Below, piece by piece: positions 16,095-24,231 of a DNA stretch of 64,000 nucleotides; positions within the stretch are counted from its first letter, which is position 1; every line of letters begins with the position of its first letter. A program made the translations under genes and the position numbers. Source of the stretch: Candidatus Eubacterium faecavium (GTDB lineage Bacteria; Bacillota; Clostridia; Oscillospirales; Acutalibacteraceae); contig DXCE01000064.1 in NCBI GenBank assembly GCA_019116165.1, positions 2,943-66,942 on the forward strand, given 5' to 3'. Below the pieces are notes generated by a model. The model was not told the DNA's origin. It searched no databases and saw only the letters and a program-made list of their open reading frames with translations.

Positions 16095-17339
16095 ATGAAA
16101 CAGTTTAAAACGATACTCAGATTTGAGCTGAACAACTATTTCCAGAATAAAGTATTTCTCGGAATAACCATTTTTGCCGTTCTTCTCATTGCCGTGCTTA
16201 TGTTTTTCCCGCGTTTTGCGGCGGATAAAGAAAGCGGCGGCGCAGAGAACGCGCAGCCGGCTAAAAGCGATCTGCCGATCATGTATATCATTTCAGAAAC
16301 CGAAGAAACAGAAGCGATCGTTCAGGCATTTCAGGAGGCTTTTACCGATTATAACGTTACAGGCGCACAAAACGAGGACGAGACGAGAAACGAAATCATC
16401 TCCGGCGAAGCGGACTGCGCGTTTATCATTCACAGCCTGACGGATTACACATACCTTGTCGGCAATCTGACTATGTATGACACGAATACGGCAACGGCAG
16501 ATTCTGTTTTGCAGCAGCTTTACAGAATCCATTCGCTTTCCGCTCAGGGCATTTCGCATGATGACGCGCAGAATATACTCAGCGTTTCTCCGCAGAGCAC
16601 CGTCGAGAGTCTGGGCAAAGACCACAGCCGGAATTTCTTTTACACATATATTATGATCTTCGCTCTTTATATGATGATCATTATGTACGGACAGCTCGTG
16701 GCAACAAGTGTGGCAACGGAAAAGAGCTCGCGCGCTATGGAACTTCTTATAACAAGCGCAAAACCCACAGCTATGATGTTCGGCAAGATAACAGCCGCCT
16801 GCCTTACCGGATTCGTGCAGCTTATCGCTGTGTTCGGCAGCGCGTTTCTGTTTTACAATATGAACAGATCATACTGGGCAGACAATGCAATCGTTGCCTC
16901 TATATTCGATATGCCGCTTTCACTGCTACTCTATATGGTACTGTTTTTCATCCTGGGCTTTATGATCTATGCCTGTCTTTACGGAGCGATAGGATCAACG
17001 GCTACGAAAGTGGAGGATATAAACACGCTCTCCATGCCGCTGACTCTGCTGTTCGTTGCGGCATTCATGGTGGTAATATTCTCTATGAGCAGCGGAGAAG
17101 TCGATAACGTTCTTCTGAAGATCTGTTCCTTCATTCCGTTCACTTCACCCATGGCGATGTTTACAAGGATAGCTATGAGCACGGTGCCGCCGTATGAGAT
17201 TATCATTTCGGTCGTTATCCTTGCCGCAAGCGTGATCGGCATAGGCGTTTTAAGCGCAAAGATTTACAGAGTGGGAGTCCTGCTTTACGGCACAACGCCA
17301 AAGATCAGTTCAATAATCAAAGCGCTTAAAAACTCGTAA
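16095..17339 (+). CDS. ABC-2 family transporter permease (NatB/YhaP-like)
   Basis: One N-terminal TM helix, a soluble loop of about 150 aa, then five to six TM helices. AGGAGG SD. Confidence 0.8.
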   Translation: MKQFKTILRFELNNYFQNKVFLGITIFAVLLIAVLMFFPRFAADKESGGAENAQPAKSDLPIMYIISETEETEAIVQAFQEAFTDYNVTGAQNEDETRNEIISGEADCAFIIHSLTDYTYLVGNLTMYDTNTATADSVLQQLYRIHSLSAQGISHDDAQNILSVSPQSTVESLGKDHSRNFFYTYIMIFALYMMIIMYGQLVATSVATEKSSRAMELLITSAKPTAMMFGKITAACLTGFVQLIAVFGSAFLFYNMNRSYWADNAIVASIFDMPLSLLLYMVLFFILGFMIYACLYGAIGSTATKVEDINTLSMPLTLLFVAAFMVVIFSMSSGEVDNVLLKICSFIPFTSPMAMFTRIAMSTVPPYEIIISVVILAASVIGIGVLSAKIYRVGVLLYGTTPKISSIIKALKNS

Positions 17340-17359
17340 AAAAATATCGGTATAAAAAC

Positions 17360-17388
17360 GATCCCCGTTCGATAAAAAAACGGGGATC
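17360..17388. terminator. bidirectional terminator hairpin
   Basis: GATCCCCG-ttcgataaaaaaa-CGGGGATC, flanked by A and T runs. It lies between the ABC-2 operon and the FRG gene. Confidence 0.65.
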
Positions 17389-17391
17389 CTA

Positions 17392-18345
17392 TTATTTAAC
17401 GGCCTTTGAAATATCCAAAAGGTACTCATAGCGGTAATGGGGAGCTTCTGCCATAATAAGATCGTTAAGTTCCGGGCAAACAGATTTGCTGATCACATAT
17501 TTTTTCAGAATAAAGCTCTGCCGCACTGATTTCGTTAAATATCTGGACGAAATAAGCGTAAAGTTGTTCAGCAGAAGAAATACCCCCTGCTGATATTTCA
17601 TCAAATCATTTGTGGGTATGTCTATAAGCTTTGCCTGCGGATACATTTGATTTATAATATCGCCTATTTTAACAGGCTGCGGTTTATGAATCCGCTGAGA
17701 TTTGTCCTTTAACAGACTGCCGGGATGCAAAAGCATATTTTCAGTTAAAGCCGATTTCAAAAATGCGTTTCGTTCCGTATCAACAACAGCAACATTATAA
17801 TGGTTTATCCAGCCGTTTACTTCTTCAATATCATCCGATGTGTCGTCGTCATCCACATCAACAACGGTATAAAGAACGATATCATCATGAAACGCTTCCC
17901 TGCCCTTCAGGGCAAAAGACAGCGCCACATAAAGACTTTTGGTAAAATCAATAAAAGGACTGAGCTTTAAATAATGCTGTGCAAAGGCGAGCATTTCATA
18001 CATGGAATTTTCATTTAAATTTCCGTTTACGGTTTTGAAAACGTTAATAAAGTTGCTCTGCTTTGTGTAAAACGCAAACAGCGTTTCTCTGTTTAAATAT
18101 GTAACATCCGTCTGAGATTCGGCTCTGAAACAGCCGCCGTTTCTAAGCAGAGACGGAATCAGAAACCTTTTTTTGCTGTTTATCCGTTCTCCTCTGTAAT
18201 AAATTTTCTCTTTCTTTGCAAAAGGGTTATAGATCTGCTCCATAAACTCTTCAAACGAATCTATAGTATGGGTTGACACGGAATAGCTGTAATCGAACGT
18301 ATCAAAGAGTTTTTCTTTAATTTCCCGTCCTTTTTCTGTAATCAT
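17392..18345 (-). CDS. FRG-domain protein (function unknown)
   Basis: 317 aa. IYYRGE (the F/YRG motif), AFAQHYLKLSPFIDFTKSLYVALSFA (AQHYG-like block) and NDLMKYQQGVF (QQG.F block). An acidic insert (VDVDDDDTSDDIEE) interrupts the domain. AGGAG SD. The gene is AT-rich. Confidence 0.7.
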   Translation of the reverse strand: MITEKGREIKEKLFDTFDYSYSVSTHTIDSFEEFMEQIYNPFAKKEKIYYRGERINSKKRFLIPSLLRNGGCFRAESQTDVTYLNRETLFAFYTKQSNFINVFKTVNGNLNENSMYEMLAFAQHYLKLSPFIDFTKSLYVALSFALKGREAFHDDIVLYTVVDVDDDDTSDDIEEVNGWINHYNVAVVDTERNAFLKSALTENMLLHPGSLLKDKSQRIHKPQPVKIGDIINQMYPQAKLIDIPTNDLMKYQQGVFLLLNNFTLISSRYLTKSVRQSFILKKYVISKSVCPELNDLIMAEAPHYRYEYLLDISKAVK

Positions 18346-18365
18346 TATATCTCCTTATAACGCCC

Positions 18366-18515
18366 CTACATAATCTGCTCAATCATAATATCGGAAAAAT
18401 TGAGACGATTTGACAGTATATATTTGACTTCCTCGTCTGTTTTGCCGCAGTTTCTCATATACTTAACGGTTAAAACGGCAAGGTTTATCAACGCCTGTTT
18501 ATCTGACGTATGCAA
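18366..18515 (-). CDS. 49-aa hypothetical protein, TTG start, not in the ORF track
   Basis: An AGGAGGTG SD lies 6 nt upstream of the TTG. Translation: (M)HTSDKQALINLAVLTVKYMRNCGKTDEEVKYILSNRLNFSDIMIEQIM. The stop is 20 nt before the FRG gene start, so the pair is probably bicistronic. Confidence 0.45.
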   Translation of the reverse strand: MHTSDKQALINLAVLTVKYMRNCGKTDEEVKYILSNRLNFSDIMIEQIM

Positions 18516-18685
18516 GAAAATCACCTCCTGATGAGATTAGAATATTTGATACTCATTTTATAGTTTTAACAAAAATATTTAATTTATACATTATTCATAT
18601 CATTTTTTATTACAATCAGTTTAGCATATAAAAATTAAGTAAAAATAAAAACAATTTAAACTTTTAAGAAAAGCTTACAGCAGAT

Positions 18686-18720
18686 ATGTTTTGAAAATAA
18701 TGATGAAATGTTTTGAAAAT
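18686..18720. repeat. perfect 13-bp direct repeat ATGTTTTGAAAAT x2, start-to-start 22 bp
   Basis: Copies at 18686-18698 and 18708-18720, in the AT-rich region upstream of the FRG module. Confidence 0.8.
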
Positions 18721-18730
18721 GTTAATTTTA

Positions 18731-18769
18731 AAGCCCGCCAGAACAACTTACATTTGTTTTGACGGGCTT
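18731..18769. terminator. long hairpin terminator downstream of the PIG-L gene
   Basis: AAGCCCGCCAGAACAA / TTGTTTTGACGGGCTT imperfect stem. The T5 run lies on the plus-strand side and only TTT on the minus-strand side. Confidence 0.55.
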
Positions 18770-18783
18770 TTTGATGTTAAAGA

Positions 18784-20826
18784 TCATTTTTTCGGCTTGT
18801 AAACGCCAAGCCGGCGGACAAGACCGCGGTAATAATCCCACTGCATGGGAAATGAAAGTATCTTCTGCTCGTTATTTTGTTTTAAAGACATAATATACCT
18901 TTCTCTTTCATCCGGATTCCTGACCCGAAAACAATCATAGATTCGAGGATCATCTTCTGATCGGACTGTTATCACCGCTTCTTCCTCCTCCGGGCAGTTC
19001 ACCTTGAGAATGCCGTTCTCAACACTGCATACAACGCCATCGCTGCTCTCTGCCGTGAATGCAAAATCCTTTTGATTCGGAAACGTATATACGGAGAATT
19101 CCTCTCTTCCGGTCTTGTTGATTATATAATCATAGCAGAAATCCCCGTTTTGATTCTGCACTTTAATACATTCCGCTCGCTCGCTTTCGGGCGTTTCAAA
19201 CGCCTCTACCTTTAAAAGAGAGCAGTTCCCGGTAAAATTCTTTATTCTTATACCGATTATATCGGTGGTAACAGGCGGAAACGCAAAAACAGTTGCTCCC
19301 CCGTTTGCTTTCAGCTCGCCGGTATTATACGAGACCGCACCCAGAGTAAGCTGAGCGTTCACGATATGGCTGTCTGCTTCAGGACTTTCGTAAACAGCAA
19401 CAGAACAGATTCTCTTTGCCTCAGGCAGTCTGAACGCAACGATCCGTTTTTCATCATCAGGATCGGCCGTCCACAGTCCTTTCACAGGCAGCCTGCGATC
19501 GTTTATTATATCATCACTGTCCGCAAGCCTGAAAGAAGTCAGTTGCGACGGGTCGCCGCTTGTTGCGGTGATCTGCGCGTTATACAGCAGGCTGTCCGTT
19601 CTTCGCAGCCAAAAGACCTTATCGGAATTCAGTATTCCGCAGGCGTGGTCCGTTGCTGTCTGACTGGAATATTCAGCCATGGCGCGATAGCTTGAACTGT
19701 TTTGCATAACACGCGAAAGACTTTCACACGCCACGGGAAAACGGACTCTTTTTTTCCACTCGTAAAAATTCGTTTCTCTCATATGATCAGACGGCTCTTT
19801 GAGATGGGTGGACGGCGCATTCAACGAATAATAATCCTCTTTTCCGTCCCAAGCAGTGGAATAGGCAAAGCCTTTAAAAACAAGCGGTTTGTAAAACGGA
19901 TCACGTTTAAGGATATCTGAGAGCGCCTCCTCAAAAAACAGGCTCAGCGCGCGGTGATCCGCATGCGCGTCATAATCACAGCAAAAGATCGTATCCGGCC
20001 TGTAGCGTTCAATGACCTTAACAAACGAATTCAGATAATTGCGCCTTGTAAAGCTGCATTTCATAAAAGGCTCTTTGCCGCACGCGCCGTAGGTTTCGCT
20101 GTATCCGGCAGGGGATGTGAGCACTTTGTCCTCCTCTGCGTTATAAATGTGCAGACCCTTCTCATCCGCAATGCTGTCACTGAAGCCGAGAAAGAGCACA
20201 TTTTCCTTCGGTATTCCGTAGCTTTCAGCGGCATGAAGCGCCTCCCTGATTCTCAGCTTTCCGAGACCGTAAAAATCGCCGTTTGTAGAAAATACGATTC
20301 TTACATCAGAACCGTATTTTACATACTGTTCTATCACTCCGCCGTAAAGATTTATTTCGTCGTCTTCATGAGGCGCAAAAAACATCACGCTTCTGCCTGA
20401 AAAAATATTTTTTCTGTCCGCTTCGGGATAATGATACAGCGTGCCCTTAGGCAGTGCAAAAGTTCCTGCCGCAGCCGCGATCAGCGACGCTGCAAAAGCG
20501 AGCGCGCCGGTCACAAAAAAGAACACGGTAAGCCCCGCAGGAAAAGGCATAAGCACAGCCGCCAGCATAGAAACATCAAGAACGCCGAGCAGCATATAGA
20601 TCTGAAGCATGCGCGATTCGACATGCACATTGAAAGCAACCGTAAGAAACACGAAAACCGCGGTCAAGACCTTGAGCGGCATATATACCAGCGGATTCAC
20701 AAAAGCAATAATCACGGAAAGGAGCAGAACCAGCAAAAGAATGACCGTTACCGGCACTGCAAAAGAAGCTTTTTCATATGGTCTTATTTTTTTCCAATCT
20801 ACCCTGACCAAAAGGATCCCCCCCAT
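18784..20826 (-). CDS. PIG-L/LmbE-family deacetylase with an N-terminal membrane domain and a C-terminal beta-rich domain
   Basis: About four TM helices in the first 130 aa. PIG-L motif FFAPHEDDEINLYGG, then HADH. The C-terminal 250 aa or so resemble a carbohydrate-binding or discoidin-like module (weak call). The start is uncertain because the SD is weak. Confidence 0.75.
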   Translation of the reverse strand: MGGILLVRVDWKKIRPYEKASFAVPVTVILLLVLLLSVIIAFVNPLVYMPLKVLTAVFVFLTVAFNVHVESRMLQIYMLLGVLDVSMLAAVLMPFPAGLTVFFFVTGALAFAASLIAAAAGTFALPKGTLYHYPEADRKNIFSGRSVMFFAPHEDDEINLYGGVIEQYVKYGSDVRIVFSTNGDFYGLGKLRIREALHAAESYGIPKENVLFLGFSDSIADEKGLHIYNAEEDKVLTSPAGYSETYGACGKEPFMKCSFTRRNYLNSFVKVIERYRPDTIFCCDYDAHADHRALSLFFEEALSDILKRDPFYKPLVFKGFAYSTAWDGKEDYYSLNAPSTHLKEPSDHMRETNFYEWKKRVRFPVACESLSRVMQNSSSYRAMAEYSSQTATDHACGILNSDKVFWLRRTDSLLYNAQITATSGDPSQLTSFRLADSDDIINDRRLPVKGLWTADPDDEKRIVAFRLPEAKRICSVAVYESPEADSHIVNAQLTLGAVSYNTGELKANGGATVFAFPPVTTDIIGIRIKNFTGNCSLLKVEAFETPESERAECIKVQNQNGDFCYDYIINKTGREEFSVYTFPNQKDFAFTAESSDGVVCSVENGILKVNCPEEEEAVITVRSEDDPRIYDCFRVRNPDERERYIMSLKQNNEQKILSFPMQWDYYRGLVRRLGVYKPKK

Positions 20827-20884
20827 ATCTCTTACATAAAATACCAGATATAAAAAAATTAGTCAAATTTTTCTTAAAAAAAGG

Positions 20885-20912
20885 TTGACAAATCGTTTTT
20901 TTATGATATACT
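20885..20912 (+). promoter_or_regulatory. sigma-A promoter (TTGACA-16-TATACT, TG-extended)
   Basis: Consensus -35; a TGA precedes TATACT. Confidence 0.6.
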
Positions 20913-20915
20913 TAA

Positions 20916-20932
20916 ATTGTACTTGATACAAT
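20916..20932 (+). promoter_or_regulatory. palindromic operator candidate ATTGTA-N5-TACAAT (Fur/PerR-type autoregulation)
   Basis: Perfect 6-bp inverted repeat immediately downstream of the -10 element of the Fur-family gene. Confidence 0.45.
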
Positions 20933-20959
20933 CTAACAATCAATGCAAGGTGGTGTCTG

Positions 20960-21373
20960 ATGCACAACGAACAGATTCTTGAATTTTTTAAGGAAAAGAA
21001 TTTCCGTGCAACCCCACAGAGGATTGCAGTTTACAAATATGTTTACGGGCACCGTACCCACCCGGATGCGGCGCAGATCTACGAAAGCGTTCTTAAAGAC
21101 AATCCCAGTTTTTCAAAAACCACGGTATACAATGCTTTAAAATCGCTTTGTGAAAGCGGATTTCTAATGCCCGTTACCATTGAAAGCGGCAAAACGCATT
21201 ATGACGCAAATGTTCATTTTCACGGTCATTTCATTTGCAGCCGGTGCGGAGAGATCTATGATTTTGAAGCCGCCGAACCGTATGACTGTGTGCCGGACGG
21301 ATTTTCCGTCCGCCAAAAAGACGTTTATTACAGCGGCATTTGCAAAAGCTGTAACAATAAAAAATCAAATTAA
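20960..21373 (+). CDS. Fur-family transcriptional regulator (PerR-like)
   Basis: TPQR wHTH start, HFHGHFIC, and two CxxC pairs (CSRCG, CKSC). Located next to rubrerythrin. Confidence 0.85.
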   Translation: MHNEQILEFFKEKNFRATPQRIAVYKYVYGHRTHPDAAQIYESVLKDNPSFSKTTVYNALKSLCESGFLMPVTIESGKTHYDANVHFHGHFICSRCGEIYDFEAAEPYDCVPDGFSVRQKDVYYSGICKSCNNKKSN

Positions 21374-21392
21374 TTAAGAAGGAGTAATTATT

Positions 21393-21932
21393 ATGGCTAA
21401 AAAGTATTATTGTCCCGTATGCGGATACGAAAGTGACGAACCTATCGAAAAATGCCCCCTCTGCGGCGCTGCTATGAAAGTCCGCGAAGAGGGCGGTGAA
21501 AGAGCATGGGCTGCCGAGCACATTGTCGGCGTTGCTCAGGGCGTAAGCGAAGAGATCCTTCAGGGTCTTCGTGAGAACTTCAACGGCGAATGCAGCGAGG
21601 TAGGTATGTATCTGGCAATGGCAAGAGTTGCTCACAGAGAAGGCTATCCCGAAATCGGTCTTTACTGGGAAAAGGCTGCTTACGAAGAGGCAGAACACGC
21701 CGCAAAATTCGCAGAGCTTCTCGGTGAAGTCGTAACCGATTCCACAAAGAAAAACCTTGAAATGCGCGTAGCGGCAGAGCATGGCGCAACGCAGGGCAAG
21801 ACCGATCTTGCAAAGCTTGCTAAAGAGCAGGGTCTTGACGCTATTCATGACACCGTTCATGAAATGGCAAGAGACGAAGCACGCCACGGCAGAGCTTTTG
21901 AAGGACTCCTCAAGAGATATTTCGGCGAATAA
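21393..21932 (+). CDS. rbr: reverse rubrerythrin (N-terminal rubredoxin-like CxxC...CxxC plus a ferritin-like diiron domain)
   Basis: CPVCG...CPLCG at the N-terminus. ExxH diiron motifs ([17 protein letters not shown]). Confidence 0.9.
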   Translation: MAKKYYCPVCGYESDEPIEKCPLCGAAMKVREEGGERAWAAEHIVGVAQGVSEEILQGLRENFNGECSEVGMYLAMARVAHREGYPEIGLYWEKAAYEEAEHAAKFAELLGEVVTDSTKKNLEMRVAAEHGATQGKTDLAKLAKEQGLDAIHDTVHEMARDEARHGRAFEGLLKRYFGE

Positions 21933-21957
21933 TAATCTGAAAAACGAAATACATATG

Positions 21958-21990
21958 AAATGCGGCAGTTCTTTTCTGCCGCATTTTTAT
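21958..21990 (+). terminator. rho-independent terminator after rubrerythrin
   Basis: 11-bp perfect stem AAATGCGGCAG / CTGCCGCATTT followed by a T run. Confidence 0.7.
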
Positions 21991-22031
21991 TAAAAACACC
22001 CTCAGAACTGCTTGATAATAAGGAGAACGCC

Positions 22032-22532
22032 ATGAATAAATCAGCACTGTACAATTTATCCTACGGGGTATATGTTATAACTACTTGGACTGAAGGCAGA
22101 GCAACCGGGTGCACAGCGAATTCCGCTATGCAGATAACCTCTTCGCCCGCAACGGTTGCCGTTTCCATAAACCATGACAACTTCACAAATCAATGTATAA
22201 ACGAATCCGGTGTTTTTGCAATCAACATCCTCGGCGAGCACTGCGATCCGCTCGTGATAGGCAATTTCGGATTCAAAAGCGGAAAAGACACGGATAAATT
22301 CGCCGATTACAAACCGATCGTAAAAAGTATGCTGCCCGTTATTCCGCAGGCAAGCGGATATATCACCTGCAGAGTGATTGACAAAATGGAGACCTCAACC
22401 CACACCGTATTTCTGGGCGAGATCACGGACGCGGATATTTTAAACAGCGATACGCCGATGACATACGCCTATTACCATAATGTAATCAAAGGAAAATCTC
22501 CGAAAAACGCGCCTACCTATCAGGGGGACTGA
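22032..22532 (+). CDS. flavin reductase-like (FMN-binding split-barrel) protein
   Basis: LSYGVYVITT...GCTANSAMQITSSP pattern. An AAGGAG SD precedes the ATG at 22032. The ORF-track start at 21960 lies inside the upstream terminator. Confidence 0.8.
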   Translation: MNKSALYNLSYGVYVITTWTEGRATGCTANSAMQITSSPATVAVSINHDNFTNQCINESGVFAINILGEHCDPLVIGNFGFKSGKDTDKFADYKPIVKSMLPVIPQASGYITCRVIDKMETSTHTVFLGEITDADILNSDTPMTYAYYHNVIKGKSPKNAPTYQGD

Positions 22533-22551
22533 AATAAAATCAAACATGTGA

Positions 22552-22587
22552 TACCGCCGCAAGCCGAACCGTGTGCCTGCGGCGGTA
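22552..22587. terminator. bidirectional terminator between convergent genes
   Basis: 10-bp stem TACCGCCGCA / TGCGGCGGTA. Confidence 0.7.
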
Positions 22588-22601
22588 ATTCTATTTTACG
22601 G

Positions 22602-24038
22602 TTATTCTGCATCTGCCGCCTGCTCAGCACGGCGTGCGGCAAGCTCTGTTTCCACTTTTTCGCGCTGTGCCGGTGTATATCGGATAAACAGCAGCGGAAT
22701 GATATAAAGCAGGCTGGCTATTGCCGGCGTTAATATTACAAGAGGCCATATCCATGTGTCAAAAGCCGCGCTTTGCGTACCGATATAGACCTCTGCGCCG
22801 TCTATTGCCCTGTAATCGAGCAGATGAAGCGCAAGCGCCGCAAGACCTGCCATAATACCGCTTGATATCTTTGTGAACATAGTCTGCATAGAGAAAGTCA
22901 CACCCTCTGTTCTTTTTCCTGTTTTCCACTCCATATAATCAATACTGTCACAGAAAACAGATGTCTGCGCTATAGAATTGGCGCCCATAGGTATGCAGCC
23001 CAATCCGATAAGCGCAAGCGCGAACCAAAGGTTATTACCCTCATAGCCTATGAAAAACGCGATGACACGCACAAGGATATTGGCTGCCTGCATCATAATC
23101 AGCACGTTCACATACCCTTTAAACCATTTCTTGAGCTTATCGGCAAAAATCATTCCGATAAATCCCGGAAGCCCGGTTATAACCGAATAAATCGTTGTTA
23201 GTCCGAGCGCGCCGATTATGCTGTTTTCTCCGAGAAAATCTGCCGGTATCTCATATTTGAAAAAGTAGGTAACCAGATTTGCGCCGAAACCGAGCGAACC
23301 GAGCAGATTTGCCGCAGTGACAAGCATAAGCATCTTATTTTTGAACAGGAGCGAAAAGCTTTCTTTGAGCGATTCCTGCTGCTGTGCCTTCACGACACGC
23401 ACCCGTTCCTGCGCGGCGCTGCATTTCAAGCTGATCATGGCGCCGCCCAAGCCGAATAGAACGGCAAACACTATAGTCATAAGCGCCATGCTCGCGCCTG
23501 TTGCGTTTGCGATCATTTCAAGCACCATAGGTATACCAACACTTAAAACCGAATAAACGCAGGAACCGATTGTTCTTGCCCACTGCACAAATCCGTCTCT
23601 TTCATTCGTTTCGGGAGATACGCAGGAGGTGATTCCCCATATCGCTACATCCTGAAGCGTGTAGGCAAGGTCCCAGCATATATACATGATTATAAAATAG
23701 GATATCCTCAGCCACAGCAGATTATCATCTGTGGAGAAAACAATAAACATCAGCACGGTGAAAATACCGACGGGAAGAGGCGTGTATTTCAGAAACGGGC
23801 GCAGCTTTTCGCCGTTTTTAAAGGTGTGCTTATCTATATACGAGCCTACGATCGGGTCATTTATACCGTCCCACACTTTCATGACGATAAGCATAACGGA
23901 AACAGCCAGCGCGGGAAATAACGCAATATCCGTCAAAAAGTAATTAAAAAACGAACCGCCTATCAGCGAATAGACCATATTCTGCCCGCTCAGACCCAAA
24001 TAATAACTTATCTTTTCCTTTTTTGAAATATATTTCAT
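22602..24038 (-). CDS. glycoside-pentoside-hexuronide (GPH):cation symporter family MFS transporter
   Basis: 12-TM protein with the MelB/GPH N-terminal block KISYYLG..GQN......FF.YFLTD......V..M...K.WDGINDP..G...D. Confidence 0.85.
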   Translation of the reverse strand: MKYISKKEKISYYLGLSGQNMVYSLIGGSFFNYFLTDIALFPALAVSVMLIVMKVWDGINDPIVGSYIDKHTFKNGEKLRPFLKYTPLPVGIFTVLMFIVFSTDDNLLWLRISYFIIMYICWDLAYTLQDVAIWGITSCVSPETNERDGFVQWARTIGSCVYSVLSVGIPMVLEMIANATGASMALMTIVFAVLFGLGGAMISLKCSAAQERVRVVKAQQQESLKESFSLLFKNKMLMLVTAANLLGSLGFGANLVTYFFKYEIPADFLGENSIIGALGLTTIYSVITGLPGFIGMIFADKLKKWFKGYVNVLIMMQAANILVRVIAFFIGYEGNNLWFALALIGLGCIPMGANSIAQTSVFCDSIDYMEWKTGKRTEGVTFSMQTMFTKISSGIMAGLAALALHLLDYRAIDGAEVYIGTQSAAFDTWIWPLVILTPAIASLLYIIPLLFIRYTPAQREKVETELAARRAEQAADAE

Positions 24039-24231
24039 TGCCACCGTCACCTCTTTGATCTAATTGTAGCATATTATGCCGGATAAAAATATGTATAAAA
24101 GGCACAAGATTAAAAACTTATCTTTGTTTAAAATAACAGTATAATTTCGTTATAAATTTTTCAAATATGTATTTAAGTTTTCTTGCTTTTCTGATATAAT
24201 ATTGCCGAAACAAAAGGAGGAGTTTAAAAAT

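Noticed and set aside
21231-21887. 218-aa minus-strand ORF
   Set aside because: It is antisense to the Fur-family and rubrerythrin genes and crosses their intergenic region.
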